Origin: an uncultured Gemmatimonadales bacterium
GTDB lineage: Bacteria; Gemmatimonadota; Gemmatimonadetes; Gemmatimonadales; GWC2-71-9
NCBI GenBank assembly: GCA_963844035.1
Contig: CAWJMT010000005.1
Location: 96,001 to 160,000 of the forward strand
Reading direction: 5' to 3'
DNA length: 64,000 nucleotides
A model generated the notes under the pieces. It was not told the DNA's origin and did not search any database. It worked only from the letters and a program-made list of their open reading frames with translations. Below are positions 44,299-56,323 of this stretch, in pieces. The position numbers were made by a program, and so were the translations under genes. Positions within the stretch are counted from its first letter, which is position 1; each line of letters starts with the position of its first letter.

Positions 44299-45170
44299 GG
44301 CATCAGTGGGACGTCCAGTGTGACGGGCATCCCCGCCTTGAGGCGACCTCCCGCGTCGGCATCGGTGGGCTCCACTTTGATGCCGAACACCAGATCGGCG
44401 CGCTCACGCTCCGTGAGTGCGACCCGCGGAGTGAACTCGGCCTGCGACCCGATCTCGATGATCCGCCCCGGGAATGTCTGATCGGGATATGCGTCCACGT
44501 GCACCGAGGCTGTCCCACCCACCTTGAGCCGGCCGATGTAGCGATCGCCGATGTACGCCCGGATCCAGGGACGGTGTACCAGGCCCAGGGACAGGACCGG
44601 CGTACCGGTCGCGAGCGCCTCTCCCGGGTCCGCGTAGCGGGAGAGGATCACACCGTCCTCGGGTGCGATGATGGTCAGCTCGTCGCGCGTGGCGAGGACC
44701 GCGGCCACGGCCGCGCTCGCCACCGCCACCTCGCTCGACGCCGCGCGGCGGGCCGCGAGGCGGGCGGACGCCGCAGCGGCGGCCGTCTTCATCCCGTCGT
44801 ATTGCTGTTGGGAGATGATGCTTTGCTGCAGCAGGCGCTCGGCCCGGGCGAACTCGTTGGCCGCTCGCTCGCTGTCGGCCTGCGCGGCGGCAACTTCGGC
44901 GACCCGCAAGGTGGCCGCTTCCACCTGGGCGCGCCGTTGGGTGATGAGGGCATCGAGTCCCGGCTGACTGAGCACGGCGAGGGTATCGCCGCGCCGCACC
45001 GTGTCGCCCTCGTCCTTGAGCAAGCGCTCCAGACGACCGTAGGTGAGGGGCGCGAGGCGGAGCTGGCGGATCTCGATCGTGCCGGACACCTGCAACCGGT
45101 CGGTCGCGCCGCGGCAGCTCGCGGACAGCAGCACGGCAATCCCCGCGAGGGTGCGGGCAAGGGGCGTCAT
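44295..45170 (-). CDS. HlyD-family membrane fusion lipoprotein
   Basis: LSASC lipobox; SGTIE, EGDTV, IIAPEDG, AEFTP, LKAGMP. Confidence 0.9.
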   Translation of the reverse strand: MTPLARTLAGIAVLLSASCRGATDRLQVSGTIEIRQLRLAPLTYGRLERLLKDEGDTVRRGDTLAVLSQPGLDALITQRRAQVEAATLRVAEVAAAQADSERAANEFARAERLLQQSIISQQQYDGMKTAAAAASARLAARRAASSEVAVASAAVAAVLATRDELTIIAPEDGVILSRYADPGEALATGTPVLSLGLVHRPWIRAYIGDRYIGRLKVGGTASVHVDAYPDQTFPGRIIEIGSQAEFTPRVALTERERADLVFGIKVEPTDADAGGRLKAGMPVTLDVPLMP

Positions 45171-45192
45171 GATGTCGACAGTCTCCGGCGCG

Positions 45193-46419
45193 TTAGCGCT
45201 GGCGCTTGAGCCAGTTGATCGGGTCGAGCGCGATCCCGCCCTGGCCACGGATCTCGAAGTGGAGGTGCGGACCCTCATTGCTCGTCTGTCCACCGACATG
45301 CCCGATCACGTCGCCCTTGAGCACGCGCGATCCTTTGGTGACGGACGCGTCGGCAAGATATCCGTAGAACGAGTAGTAGCCACCCCCGTGGTCGAGCAGC
45401 ACCGAGGTGAGGTACGTGCCGAGGGGGCCGGCGAGGCTGACCGTGCCGTTCGCCACCGCCTTCACGGGCGTTCCGACCGGGGCGCCGATGCCGATGCCGT
45501 GCCAGGGAATGCGCGTGTTGTTGGGACCAGTCGCCGTGCCGAACTGATACACGATGCGTCCCGCGACCGGCCAGTCGAGCCGGCCCAGGTCGGCCGTCGT
45601 AATGGAGGCGGCTCCGACGGGAGCCCCCCGCGCTTCGGCCTCGCGGCGCGCGCGCTCGAGCGCGGCGATGCGGTCGCCCAGGGCGCGCTCGTTGCGTTCG
45701 AGCTCCGACAACCGCCGTTCTGCGGCCGTCGAGCTGCGGCGCGTGTCACGCAGACTCGCCTGCCGTTGCCGCTCGAGCGTGAGATAGCGCTGCAGCTCCT
45801 CGGTTCGCTCCGCCTTGCGCCGGGCCAGGGCGTCGCGCGCGTCGAGCAGGCCTTTGCGCTCGCGCGCGATCCGGTCCCGCAGCTTGAACATGTCGTTTGC
45901 GAGCAGCCGGTCCTGGCGGCTCACGAGGTAGAGGTACTTGTATCGTGACAGGAGGTCGCCGAAACTCTCGGCCAGCAGGAGTGCCTGATAGGCGTACAGG
46001 GTGCCGCGCTTGTAGATGTCCACGAGGCGCCGCTCGAGCACGGCGCGCTTCTCTTCCAGCGCGTCCTGGGCCAGCACCAGGTCCACCGTAATCTGGTCGA
46101 TTTGGGTCGAGAGGCCGCCGATCTGGCGGTCGAGCTCATTGACGATCCGGTTGGTCGTGAGCCGCTGCCGCTCGATATTCGACAGCTCGTCCGCGAGGGA
46201 ATGCGCCTCGGTGCGGAGCAGCTCGAGCTGTCGCTCCACCTCGGAGCGCTCGCGGCGGATGTCTTCGAGGCGGCGCTGGTCGTCGCGGAGCTGCTGCTCG
46301 AGAGGTTTGGGACGCTGAGAGGGAAGAGGGAAGGGGGAAGAGGGAAGGGTAAGGCATGCCAGGATCGCCGCGCGCAGCAGTACCCTTCCCCCGTCCCCCG
46401 TCCCCCTTCCCGGTTTCAT
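45193..46419 (-). CDS. envC: Murein hydrolase activator EnvC
   Basis: Long coiled coil plus M23 domain (LDWPVAG, GIGI, HLHFEIR); follows ftsEX. Confidence 0.88.
   Translation of the reverse strand: MKPGRGTGDGGRVLLRAAILACLTLPSSPFPLPSQRPKPLEQQLRDDQRRLEDIRRERSEVERQLELLRTEAHSLADELSNIERQRLTTNRIVNELDRQIGGLSTQIDQITVDLVLAQDALEEKRAVLERRLVDIYKRGTLYAYQALLLAESFGDLLSRYKYLYLVSRQDRLLANDMFKLRDRIARERKGLLDARDALARRKAERTEELQRYLTLERQRQASLRDTRRSSTAAERRLSELERNERALGDRIAALERARREAEARGAPVGAASITTADLGRLDWPVAGRIVYQFGTATGPNNTRIPWHGIGIGAPVGTPVKAVANGTVSLAGPLGTYLTSVLLDHGGGYYSFYGYLADASVTKGSRVLKGDVIGHVGGQTSNEGPHLHFEIRGQGGIALDPINWLKRQR
46321..46411. repeat. Inverted heptamer repeat (GGGAAGR / CCCCCGT-like) inside the envC signal region
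   Basis: GGGAAGA/G x4 at 46321-46348, complementary units at 46383-46411; encode GRGTGDGGR and LPSSPFPLPS. Confidence 0.75.
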
Positions 46420-47273
46420 ACGCGCCGCAAATGCCGTCCGACACTCGTCGCGCTTCCAAGCAGTCCGATGAGGGTGCCGAATCCCACGATGGCAAGCGCC
46501 TGCTCGCGGGAGAAGAACGTCGCCTGAATCAACCAGCGGTTGATCAGCGCGTAGGCTCCGTACGAGAACGCCACGGCCACGAGGCCGCCCAGCATGCCCT
46601 TGATGGCGCCCTGGATCAGGAACGGGAGCCGGATGAAGCCGTCGGTGGCACCGACCAGCCGCATGATGGCGATCTCGCGGCTGCGCTGCAGCACCGCCAT
46701 ACGGATCGTGGTGCCGATGATGATCACCGCGACGATCGCGAACGCCGAGCCCACGACCAGACCGACGGCAGCAGCGATCTGCCGCAGGCGGTCGAGCTTC
46801 TCGACCCAGTCTCGTCCGAACCGCACGTCGTCCACGAACCCGAACCCCTTGAGCCGGTCGGCGACGTCGTTCACATGATCCGCGTCCCGCGCGGTGGGCT
46901 TCAGCTTGATCTCGATCGAGGCGGGCAGCGGATTGCGCTCGAGCTCCTGCAGTACGTCGCGGAACTCCACCAGCTCGCCGCGCGCCCGCGCCAGGGCTTC
47001 GTCTTCGGTCACGAAGGTCGCCGACTGCACCTCCGGGAATGCCGCGATGTCCTGCACGCCCAGGGTCACGGTCTCGATCGGCGTGCCGGGGAGCAGGTAC
47101 GCCACGATTTCCACCCGTTCGGCGACGTCACGCAGGGCCCGCTCGAGGTTGACGGCCACCAGTCCGAACAGACCGACGACGAACAGGGAGAAGGCGATCG
47201 TCGTGACGGAGAGCACGGACAGGAGGGGGGCGCGCCGGAACACGAGCAGGGCCTCGCGGAGGACCAGCCTCAT
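46416..47273 (-). CDS. ftsX: Cell division permease FtsX
   Basis: NPLPAS, TIRMAVLQRSREIAIMRLVGATDGFIRLPF. Confidence 0.95.
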   Translation of the reverse strand: MRLVLREALLVFRRAPLLSVLSVTTIAFSLFVVGLFGLVAVNLERALRDVAERVEIVAYLLPGTPIETVTLGVQDIAAFPEVQSATFVTEDEALARARGELVEFRDVLQELERNPLPASIEIKLKPTARDADHVNDVADRLKGFGFVDDVRFGRDWVEKLDRLRQIAAAVGLVVGSAFAIVAVIIIGTTIRMAVLQRSREIAIMRLVGATDGFIRLPFLIQGAIKGMLGGLVAVAFSYGAYALINRWLIQATFFSREQALAIVGFGTLIGLLGSATSVGRHLRRV

Positions 47274-47971
47274 GTGTTCGCCGCCTGGTCGTGGCCTTGG
47301 CCCTCGTCGATCGCCGAGTCGTACACCAGGGCGCCTTCCTGGAGCTCGATGACGCGGTAGGGCGCTTGGCGCACGAGGTCGAGGTCGTGCGTCGCCATCA
47401 CGACCGCCGTACCGCTGGCGTTGATGTCCCGCAGCAGCTGAAACACGCCGCGCGTGGCACGCTCGTCGAGATTGCCGGTCGGCTCGTCGGCGAGCAGCAC
47501 GGTCGGCTCGTTGACCAGTGCCCGGGCGATCGCCACGCGCTGTTGCTCGCCGCCCGACAACTCGCGGGGGTAGGCCTGCGCCTTGACCGCCAGGCCCACC
47601 TGCGTGAGCACGCGCGTCACGCGCGCCGCGATGCTCGCGTGCCGCGCACCGGTCACTTCGAGTGTGAACGCGACGTTTTCTTCGGCGGTACGGTCCTCGA
47701 GCAGCCGGAAATCCTGGAACACGATGCCGAGCCGGCGCCGCAGCTTGGGAACGTCTCGCGGAGAGATCTCGGCGACGTTGAAGCCCGACACGCGCACCTC
47801 GCCGCTCGTGACCGGCTCCTCGGCGTAGACCAGCTTGAGGACCGTCGACTTGCCGGCGCCCGAATGGCCCGTCAGGAAGGCGAACTCGCCCTTGGCGATG
47901 TGGAAGGAAACGTCCTTCAGCGCCAGGCCGCCCTTGGGGAAAGCCTTGAAGACGCTGGTGAACTTGATCAC
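47270..47971 (-). CDS. ftsE: Cell division ATP-binding protein FtsE
   Basis: [39 protein letters not shown]. Confidence 0.95.
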   Translation of the reverse strand: MIKFTSVFKAFPKGGLALKDVSFHIAKGEFAFLTGHSGAGKSTVLKLVYAEEPVTSGEVRVSGFNVAEISPRDVPKLRRRLGIVFQDFRLLEDRTAEENVAFTLEVTGARHASIAARVTRVLTQVGLAVKAQAYPRELSGGEQQRVAIARALVNEPTVLLADEPTGNLDERATRGVFQLLRDINASGTAVVMATHDLDLVRQAPYRVIELQEGALVYDSAIDEGQGHDQAANT

Positions 47972-49126
47972 TTACAGTTGCGCCAGCGCGCGCGCGAAAT
48001 CGGCGATAAGGTCGTCGGCATCTTCGAGCCCGAGGGAAAATCTCAGGAATCCGTCGGGAATGCCAGCCTCCGCCCGCTGTTCCGGGGTCAGCGACACATG
48101 GGACGTGAGGCGGGGCTCAGATACGAGCGTCTCGACGCCGCCCAGGCTGGGAGCGTGGATTGCGATCGTGAGGGCGCGCAGGAAACGCTCCGCCGCCGCC
48201 GGGCCTCCCTTCAGCTCGACGCCCAGCATGCCGCCGTAGCCGTTGAACAGGCGCTTCGCGTCTTCGTGGTCGGGATGCGAGGTCAGGCTGGGGTGGTGCA
48301 CGGCGGAGAATGCCGGCTGTCCGGCGCACCAGGCGGCCACCGCGGCCCCGGTCGCGTTCTGGCGCGCGACCCGCACCGCCAGCGTCTTCATCCCGCGATC
48401 GACCAGCCAGGCGGCCATCGGGTCGAGCGCCTGACCCCACACCTGCATCAGGCGGCGTACCTCCTCGATGACCGACTCGGTTCCCACCACCGCGCCGGCG
48501 ATCACGTCGTTGTGGCCGTTGAGATACTTCGTCGCGCTATGGATCACCACGTCGGCGCCGTGCTCGAGCGGGCGGAAGTTGATGGGCGAGGCGAAGGTCG
48601 AGTCGACGATCAGCGCGATGCCTTCCGCCTTGCAGAGCGCCGCAAAGGGCTCGATGTCCACCACGCGCAACAGCGGATTGGTCGGCGTCTCGAGGAAGAT
48701 CGCCCGGGTTGTCTTGCGCAGCGCTTTTTTCCAGGTGCGCGACTCCTGCGGGTTGATGAAGGAGACGTCGATGCCGAAGCGGCCGAACTCCTGGGTGAAC
48801 AGCCGGTGCACGCCGCCGTAGATCCACTCGCTCGAGAGGAGGTGGTCGCCCGGCCGCAGCACGGCGAGGTGTGCGAGCGCGGTGGCGCCCATGCCGCTCG
48901 AGACGAAGATCGCGGACTCGGCCCCTTCGAGCAGGGCGAGGCGCTTCGCGATGGCGACCTGGTTGGGATTGTTGCCATACCGGGTGTAGAGCACCTGCGC
49001 GGTCGAGCCGATCGGGTTGCTGAACGTGCTGCTTTGCACGATGGGCGGGGCGACGGGGGTCCAGTCCGGACGCGCCGCCGGATCGCCGTGGATGGCCCGG
49101 GTGGCCAGGCCGAGGCGACGCGTCAC
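47972..49126 (-). CDS. Cys/Met metabolism PLP enzyme (cystathionine gamma-synthase / gamma-lyase family)
   Basis: YTRYGNNP, SSGMGA, ETPTNP, HSATKYLNGH, SLGGVE. Confidence 0.92.
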   Translation of the reverse strand: MTRRLGLATRAIHGDPAARPDWTPVAPPIVQSSTFSNPIGSTAQVLYTRYGNNPNQVAIAKRLALLEGAESAIFVSSGMGATALAHLAVLRPGDHLLSSEWIYGGVHRLFTQEFGRFGIDVSFINPQESRTWKKALRKTTRAIFLETPTNPLLRVVDIEPFAALCKAEGIALIVDSTFASPINFRPLEHGADVVIHSATKYLNGHNDVIAGAVVGTESVIEEVRRLMQVWGQALDPMAAWLVDRGMKTLAVRVARQNATGAAVAAWCAGQPAFSAVHHPSLTSHPDHEDAKRLFNGYGGMLGVELKGGPAAAERFLRALTIAIHAPSLGGVETLVSEPRLTSHVSLTPEQRAEAGIPDGFLRFSLGLEDADDLIADFARALAQL

Positions 49127-49133
49127 ATCCGGC

Positions 49134-49577
49134 TCACGTGGCGCTGAGCGCGAACGTGCCTCCAGGCAGGCGGCGGGCCAGACGCTGGGTCACGAGCTGC
49201 TCGAACAGTTCGACGGCCGCTGCAGGCAGGCCGAGCGCGTCCAGCGCGCCGTCGGGGAGCTCGACCAGGACCGCGAGGCCGTGCGCGGCCAGCACCGGCT
49301 GGATCGCTTCCCGATGCCCGTCGGTGAGGTTCCGCAGCAAGAGCACCGCGGGCCATTCGCGCACCAGCCGCGCCACGATCTCGTCGGCGCACGAGTAGTC
49401 CATGCAGCCGACGCCGTTGAAATCCATGCGCGCCAGGATGGGCACGCCGCCCCCGGCCGCGAACACCCGCTGAATACCTTCGCGCACCACGCGCCCGGTA
49501 GGGCGTGTGACGAGGTCGGTGTACACCCCGGCAGAGGATTCCTGCAGCACCGAATGGACGTCGATATGCTGGATCAC
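49134..49577 (-). CDS. STAS-like (DUF4325-type) domain protein
   Basis: LVTRPTGR...MDFNGVGCMDYSCADE; GTGA overlap with upstream gene. Confidence 0.7.
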   Translation of the reverse strand: MIQHIDVHSVLQESSAGVYTDLVTRPTGRVVREGIQRVFAAGGGVPILARMDFNGVGCMDYSCADEIVARLVREWPAVLLLRNLTDGHREAIQPVLAAHGLAVLVELPDGALDALGLPAAAVELFEQLVTQRLARRLPGGTFALSAT

Positions 49578-50479
49578 CGCTTTGCGGACCCCTGCTCGGG
49601 TATGATGATGAGCACCTGCGCACCCGGAAAGTTGGGCAGCCCTTCCTTCAACGGTACGTCGTCGTCCCACTTGGGCACGATCGCGATGCGCGCGGTGCCG
49701 CTGCGGATCGCGATCTTGCCGTCCCAACGCGCCAGGTAGCGGCGGATGCCCGCGAGGCCCTGTCCCCGTCCGGGATCCCGGAACCGGCTCACCCCCTGGA
49801 TGAGGGCCGTCTCGAGCGCGGCAGCGTCACCCCAGCGGTCGCCGAACCGTTTCGCCTGCGTCGGCTCGAGTGAATGACGGAATCCGACTCCGGCGTCTCC
49901 CACAGCGATCACCACCACCCGCCGCGCCAGCTTGCGCCGCCAATTGTAGCTCTGCACGGCAACCCACCCGCCGACGCCCGCGTGCTCTACAATATTCTGA
50001 CACGCCTCCGAAAGCGCCATAGCGAATCCCATCGTCGCCTTGGGATCGAGTTGCAGCTCGGACGCCAGGATCGTCGAGGCGCGTTGTTGAATCTTGCTGA
50101 CCACCTCGTGCACGTCCTCGGCCGCGCGTACGGCGGTGACGGGCAACAGTACATCACTCTCTTCCCGCGGTTTGCCCTTGGGCACGCGGCCGTGAATCTC
50201 GAACAACTCCGCCGCCTCCCGGAAGAATCCAGCCCGCACCCAGTAGCTCACCACGTCCGGGTTCGTCGGGGCCGTGAGCAGCGCCGGCTCGCCGCCCCGC
50301 TGACGCGCTGCTGCCCCGGCCACGAGCAGTCCCACCAGCCCGTAGGGCGATGCCCATTCCGCGGCGTGGGCATCGAACAGGAGCCGCTCCCCGTCCTGCG
50401 CCGCTTCGGCGAAGGCGGTCGTGAACTGGTCGAACGAACGGTCGTCGAGCTGCGTCGGGACGTCCACCAAGCGCGTCAT
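49574..50479 (-). CDS. STAS-like + HATPase (anti-sigma-kinase-like) ATP-binding protein
   Basis: LLFDAHAAEWASPYG; N-box SEACQNIVEHA; G1 DAGVG; G2 GRGQGL; no HisKA H-box. Confidence 0.8.
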   Translation of the reverse strand: MTRLVDVPTQLDDRSFDQFTTAFAEAAQDGERLLFDAHAAEWASPYGLVGLLVAGAAARQRGGEPALLTAPTNPDVVSYWVRAGFFREAAELFEIHGRVPKGKPREESDVLLPVTAVRAAEDVHEVVSKIQQRASTILASELQLDPKATMGFAMALSEACQNIVEHAGVGGWVAVQSYNWRRKLARRVVVIAVGDAGVGFRHSLEPTQAKRFGDRWGDAAALETALIQGVSRFRDPGRGQGLAGIRRYLARWDGKIAIRSGTARIAIVPKWDDDVPLKEGLPNFPGAQVLIIIPEQGSAKR

Positions 50480-51387
50480 ACGCTTGCGAGGCGTCCCACC
50501 AGGTGGTCGCGGAGGCCGGTCGCGCCACGGTGCGTCACGTTGCGCGCTCCCATCTTCGTGCCGAGACGCAGGGCGTCTTCGAGATCGGCTCCCGCGAGCA
50601 GGGCAGCGACGACCGCTGCGCCGAATACGTCGCCGCAGCCGGTGGGATCGCCGCCCGCCGACGCGCCCCCCGGGATGGGGATCCGCGCCGTGCGGACCGG
50701 CCGCCCGGTGAAATACGCAGCGCCCAGCGGCCCCAGTGTGACGACAAGCGTCTGGCATCCTTGCCCCAGAGCCGATGCGGCGACCACGAGGGGGTCCTCG
50801 CCCAGGTGGCGCATCTCGTCCTCGTTCAACTGGACCACGTCGAAGCAGCCGAACCAGGCGGGGGCGTTGGGGAGCGGCTGCGGCACGCGCGTGCCGTCGG
50901 GCTCCTTGCCGAGGAACAGGCTGTGGAGGTCGGCGTAGAGCAGCCCGCGGAAGCCGTGCCGCAGCATTTGCGCGGTCGTGAGGTCCATCTCGTAACCGGA
51001 GATGAAGTTCACGTACACGGCGTCGAGATCCTGGACCATGGGTCCCAGCTCAGGCCACGTCCACGGGGGTACGCCGCCGGAGAGCTGCTCGGAGCGGCGC
51101 TGCGCCTGGGCGTATCGCAGCGTGACGCGATTGTTCGCCTCCGGCACCTCGAGAAACCGCGCTCCCGCGCCCACGCGCTCGAGCGAGCGCAGAAATTCGT
51201 TGGCCCGGCCCGCCAGGTCGCGTCCGACTTTCACCAGGGGCACGATCTCCCAGCCGGGCGCCAGCGTCGCGTCCAGCGCGGCGAGCGAATACGAGATGCC
51301 ACCCCACTCCTCCACCGCGCGCTGGGCCGGGTCGCGGTCGTAGATGGTGTCCCACACCATCGAACCGACGACGCCCAGCCGTTTCAC
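50476..51387 (-). CDS. PfkB-family carbohydrate kinase
   Basis: WGGI, LNEDE, VTLGPLGA, DPTGCGDVF. Confidence 0.9.
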   Translation of the reverse strand: MKRLGVVGSMVWDTIYDRDPAQRAVEEWGGISYSLAALDATLAPGWEIVPLVKVGRDLAGRANEFLRSLERVGAGARFLEVPEANNRVTLRYAQAQRRSEQLSGGVPPWTWPELGPMVQDLDAVYVNFISGYEMDLTTAQMLRHGFRGLLYADLHSLFLGKEPDGTRVPQPLPNAPAWFGCFDVVQLNEDEMRHLGEDPLVVAASALGQGCQTLVVTLGPLGAAYFTGRPVRTARIPIPGGASAGGDPTGCGDVFGAAVVAALLAGADLEDALRLGTKMGARNVTHRGATGLRDHLVGRLASV

Positions 51388-52349
51388 GGCTTTCCCCACG
51401 TCCGGCGCATGAACACCGCGGCCGCTCCGTAGACGCCGGCCGTGCCCGACAGCTCGCCCGGCACGATGCGGCACGCGTTCGCGGCCGGTTTGAAGGCGCG
51501 CCGCTTGACCTCGCTGCGCAGCGGCACGAACAGGAGGTCGCCGGCGAGTGTCACTCCGCCGCAGATCACCACGACCTGGGGGTTAAAGATGTTGATGATA
51601 TTGGCGACCCCGGCGCCCAGCACCTTGGCGGTGTCGTGCACCACCTCGCGGGCGTACTCGTCGCCGTCATGCGCGGCTTCATACACGACCTGGGCGGTGA
51701 TCTGCGTGAGATCGCCCTTCACGTAGTCCGGCAGCGAGGTATCCGCGCCGGCTTCCACTCCTTCGACCGCCCGCGCGGCGATGGCCGGGCCGGACGCATA
51801 CGCCTCGAGGCACCCGTAGTTGCCGCATTTGCAGCGGCGGCCGGTGGAATCGATGGTCATGTGCCCGATCTCGCCGGCGATGTCCGAGGCGCCGTGGTAG
51901 ATCTGGCCGTTCAGCACGATGCCGCCTCCGATGCCGGTGCCGATCGTGAGCCCCACCACGTGCTCGGCTCCACGCGCGGCGCCGCGCCACCACTCGCCGA
52001 AAATCGCGCAGTTGGCATCGTTGTCGAGGGTGCCCGGCAGTCCGAGCGCTTCGGTGATCCGGTCGCGCAGCGGGAAGTTGGTCCAGCCGAGGTTGGGCGT
52101 GAGCAGGACCAGCCCGCGCGCCGTGTCCAGCGGGCCGGGAGAGCCGATGCCGACTCCGGCGATCGCCTTCCCGTGCGCCGCCGCGATCGAGGCGCGCGCG
52201 AGCTTTACGATCCGGGCAACGACCGCGTCGGAGCCCTGTTCGGGGAGCGTCGGCTCCGATACGAGACCGATCAGCTCCGAGCCGTCCTCGGCGACCGTGC
52301 CGACGACGATATTGGTCCCGCCGAGGTCAATCCCGACGACGTAGCGCAC
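51384..52349 (-). CDS. ROK-family sugar kinase (glucokinase-like)
   Basis: GIDLGGT, DNDAN, GTGIGGG, GEIGH, CKCGNYGCLE. Confidence 0.93.
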   Translation of the reverse strand: MRYVVGIDLGGTNIVVGTVAEDGSELIGLVSEPTLPEQGSDAVVARIVKLARASIAAAHGKAIAGVGIGSPGPLDTARGLVLLTPNLGWTNFPLRDRITEALGLPGTLDNDANCAIFGEWWRGAARGAEHVVGLTIGTGIGGGIVLNGQIYHGASDIAGEIGHMTIDSTGRRCKCGNYGCLEAYASGPAIAARAVEGVEAGADTSLPDYVKGDLTQITAQVVYEAAHDGDEYAREVVHDTAKVLGAGVANIINIFNPQVVVICGGVTLAGDLLFVPLRSEVKRRAFKPAANACRIVPGELSGTAGVYGAAAVFMRRTWGKP

Positions 52350-53326
52350 CGGACTCCTCCAGGGCCGTTACCACTGTTGCCACGCGCAGCTCCCGCATGC
52401 AGCGGTGGTGGCCGAGCGGGCAGGTTGGGGGACCGTGATCCGAGCATGGCCGGCACACGAGTCCCATCACGCCGAGGGCCAGGTCCCCGTCACCCACGGG
52501 CCCGAACCCGAACTCGGGGACCGTCGGCCCAAACAGGGCCACCACGGGGGTCCCCAATGCCGAAGCGAAATGCAGCGGCGCGCTGTCGTTGGTGACGAGC
52601 ACGCGTGCCCGACCAATCAACGCGGCGGATTGAAGAAGCGTAAGACGTCCACAGGCGTCCAGCGCCGTCCCCCCGGCCTGCTGCACGGCCGCGGCGATAC
52701 GTCGGCCCAGGCCGCCGTCCTCGGCCCCGCCGACAACCACCACCGGGACGCGCTGGGCGAGCTGCACCGCCAGCTCCTCATAGTATGGCCACCGCTTGCT
52801 TCCCCAGATCGAGCCCGGTGCCAGGGCCACGAAGTCCCCGGCGATTCCGGCCTCGCGGAGGGACGCGGCGACGGCCTGGGTGTCGCGCGGTTCCGGGTAC
52901 AGCTCCGGCCGGCGAGACCCCGCCGGCGCGCCGGCGAGCGCGAGCAGCCGGTCGATTTCGTGTCCGGTGCGCGGTCGCTGGCGCGTCTCGGTGTAGAGCC
53001 AGGGCCACCCGTCGGAGAACCCGACGCGCTTCGGCACCCCGGCGAGGAACGCGAGCGCCGCGCTGCGCAACGAGCGATGCGGCAGGTAGGCGGCCTCGTA
53101 GCGGGCGGTGGCGAGGCGCCGCGCGAGCTGACGCAGTCCGGCGAGCCCGTGATCGCTGCCGCGTTTGTCGAACGGAATCACGTGCCGCACCGCCGGATGG
53201 GCCGCGAGCAACGGCGCGGCGGCCGGCGTGGTGACGACGTCCACCGGTCCGTGTCGGTCCGCCAGCGCGGCGAGCAGAGGCGTCGTGAGCACCACATCGC
53301 CCAGGAACGCGGTCTGAATGACCAGG

Positions 53327-53334
<8 letters not shown>
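52327..53334 (-). CDS. waaF: GT9 lipopolysaccharide heptosyltransferase II
   Basis: [36 protein letters not shown]...CPLGHHRCM. Confidence 0.85.
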
Positions 53335-55126
<1,792 letters not shown>

Positions 55127-55146
55127 GTGCGGGGGAATATAGCTGG

Positions 55147-55212
55147 TCAGACGTCAGGCGTCAGCCATCGGCGTCAGTCGTGATCTGGCCGGCTGACGTG
55201 CTGACGTCTGAC
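55147..55212. repeat. Inverted 7-8-mer repeat (CGTCAG / CTGACG)
   Basis: GTCAG units at 55146-55177 face CTGAC units at 55193-55212, between divergent lepA and rho. Confidence 0.75.
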
Positions 55213-55240
55213 ATCTATCTTCCACACTCACCACTCTCTC

Positions 55241-56323
55241 ATGGCACCCATCACCGGCTGGTACGATTCCAACGCCAAAGGCGGCCAACTGCGCCTAGCG
55301 GAACACGGCTATCTCCCGATGCCCCGGGATCTCGCCGTTCGTTTGCCGGGCCTGCGGCGCGGGGACCGCGTGACGCTCGCTGACGGCCGCGTGACGGCGG
55401 TGAACGGCGGACCGCCCACCGCGCTCGCGGACCGCCCGGAGTTCGCGACGCTCGGCGCGGTGCACCCGTCCCGGCCGCTCTCCCTCGAAACCGCCCAGGC
55501 GTCGAGTCCGCGCTCCGCGGACATCCAGCGCGTCGTCGACCTCATCTGCCCGTTCGGATTCGGCCAGCGCGCCCTGATCGTCTCACCACCCAAGGCCGGC
55601 AAGACCGTCATGCTGCAGGCGGTCGCGGAAGGCGTCGCGCTCAACTATCCCGACGCCGAGCTGATCCTCTTGCTGGTGGACGAGCGCCCCGAAGAAGTGA
55701 GTGAGATGATGGACTGGGGGCGGGGCGAGGTGATCGCCTCGAGCTTCGATCTGCCGCACGAACGTCACGTGGCGGTCGCCGAGATGGTCTTCGACCACGC
55801 CCGGCGCCAGGTGGAGATCGGCAAGGACGTGGTCATCGTGCTCGACTCCCTGACCCGGCTGGCCCGCTCGCATAACACCGCCGGCAAGAGCAGCCGCCGC
55901 ACGCTGTCGGGCGGTCTCGACGCGAACGCGTTGGCCAAGCCGAAGACGCTGTTCGGCGCGGCGCGTGCGGTTCCCGACGGGGGGTCGCTCACCGTGATTG
56001 CGACCGCTCTCGTCGAAACGGAGAGCAGGATGGATGAAGTGATCTTCGAAGAGTTCAAAGGGACCGGCAATGCGGAGCTGCGGTTGGCACGCGCGCTGGC
56101 CGACCGGCGCATCTATCCGGCGGTGGACATCGCGGCGAGCGGCACCAGACGGGAGGAGCTGCTGGCGGACCCCGCGACGGTGGCGGCCCGGCAGGCGTTG
56201 CGACGGGGGCTGGTCGGACTTCCGGCGGAGCAGGCGATGGCAGCCCTCCTGGCCCAGCTGCGAAGGACGAAGACCAACGCCGAGCTACTGGGTCAGTTGG
56301 CGCCCTCGACGACTCGCTTGTAA
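55241..56323 (+). CDS. rho: Short Rho paralog with degenerate RNA-binding domain
   Basis: GFGQRALIVSPPKAGKT, LVDERPEEV, DSLTRLAR, EEFKGTGN, SGTRREELL; only 360 aa. Confidence 0.88.
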   Translation: MAPITGWYDSNAKGGQLRLAEHGYLPMPRDLAVRLPGLRRGDRVTLADGRVTAVNGGPPTALADRPEFATLGAVHPSRPLSLETAQASSPRSADIQRVVDLICPFGFGQRALIVSPPKAGKTVMLQAVAEGVALNYPDAELILLLVDERPEEVSEMMDWGRGEVIASSFDLPHERHVAVAEMVFDHARRQVEIGKDVVIVLDSLTRLARSHNTAGKSSRRTLSGGLDANALAKPKTLFGAARAVPDGGSLTVIATALVETESRMDEVIFEEFKGTGNAELRLARALADRRIYPAVDIAASGTRREELLADPATVAARQALRRGLVGLPAEQAMAALLAQLRRTKTNAELLGQLAPSTTRL

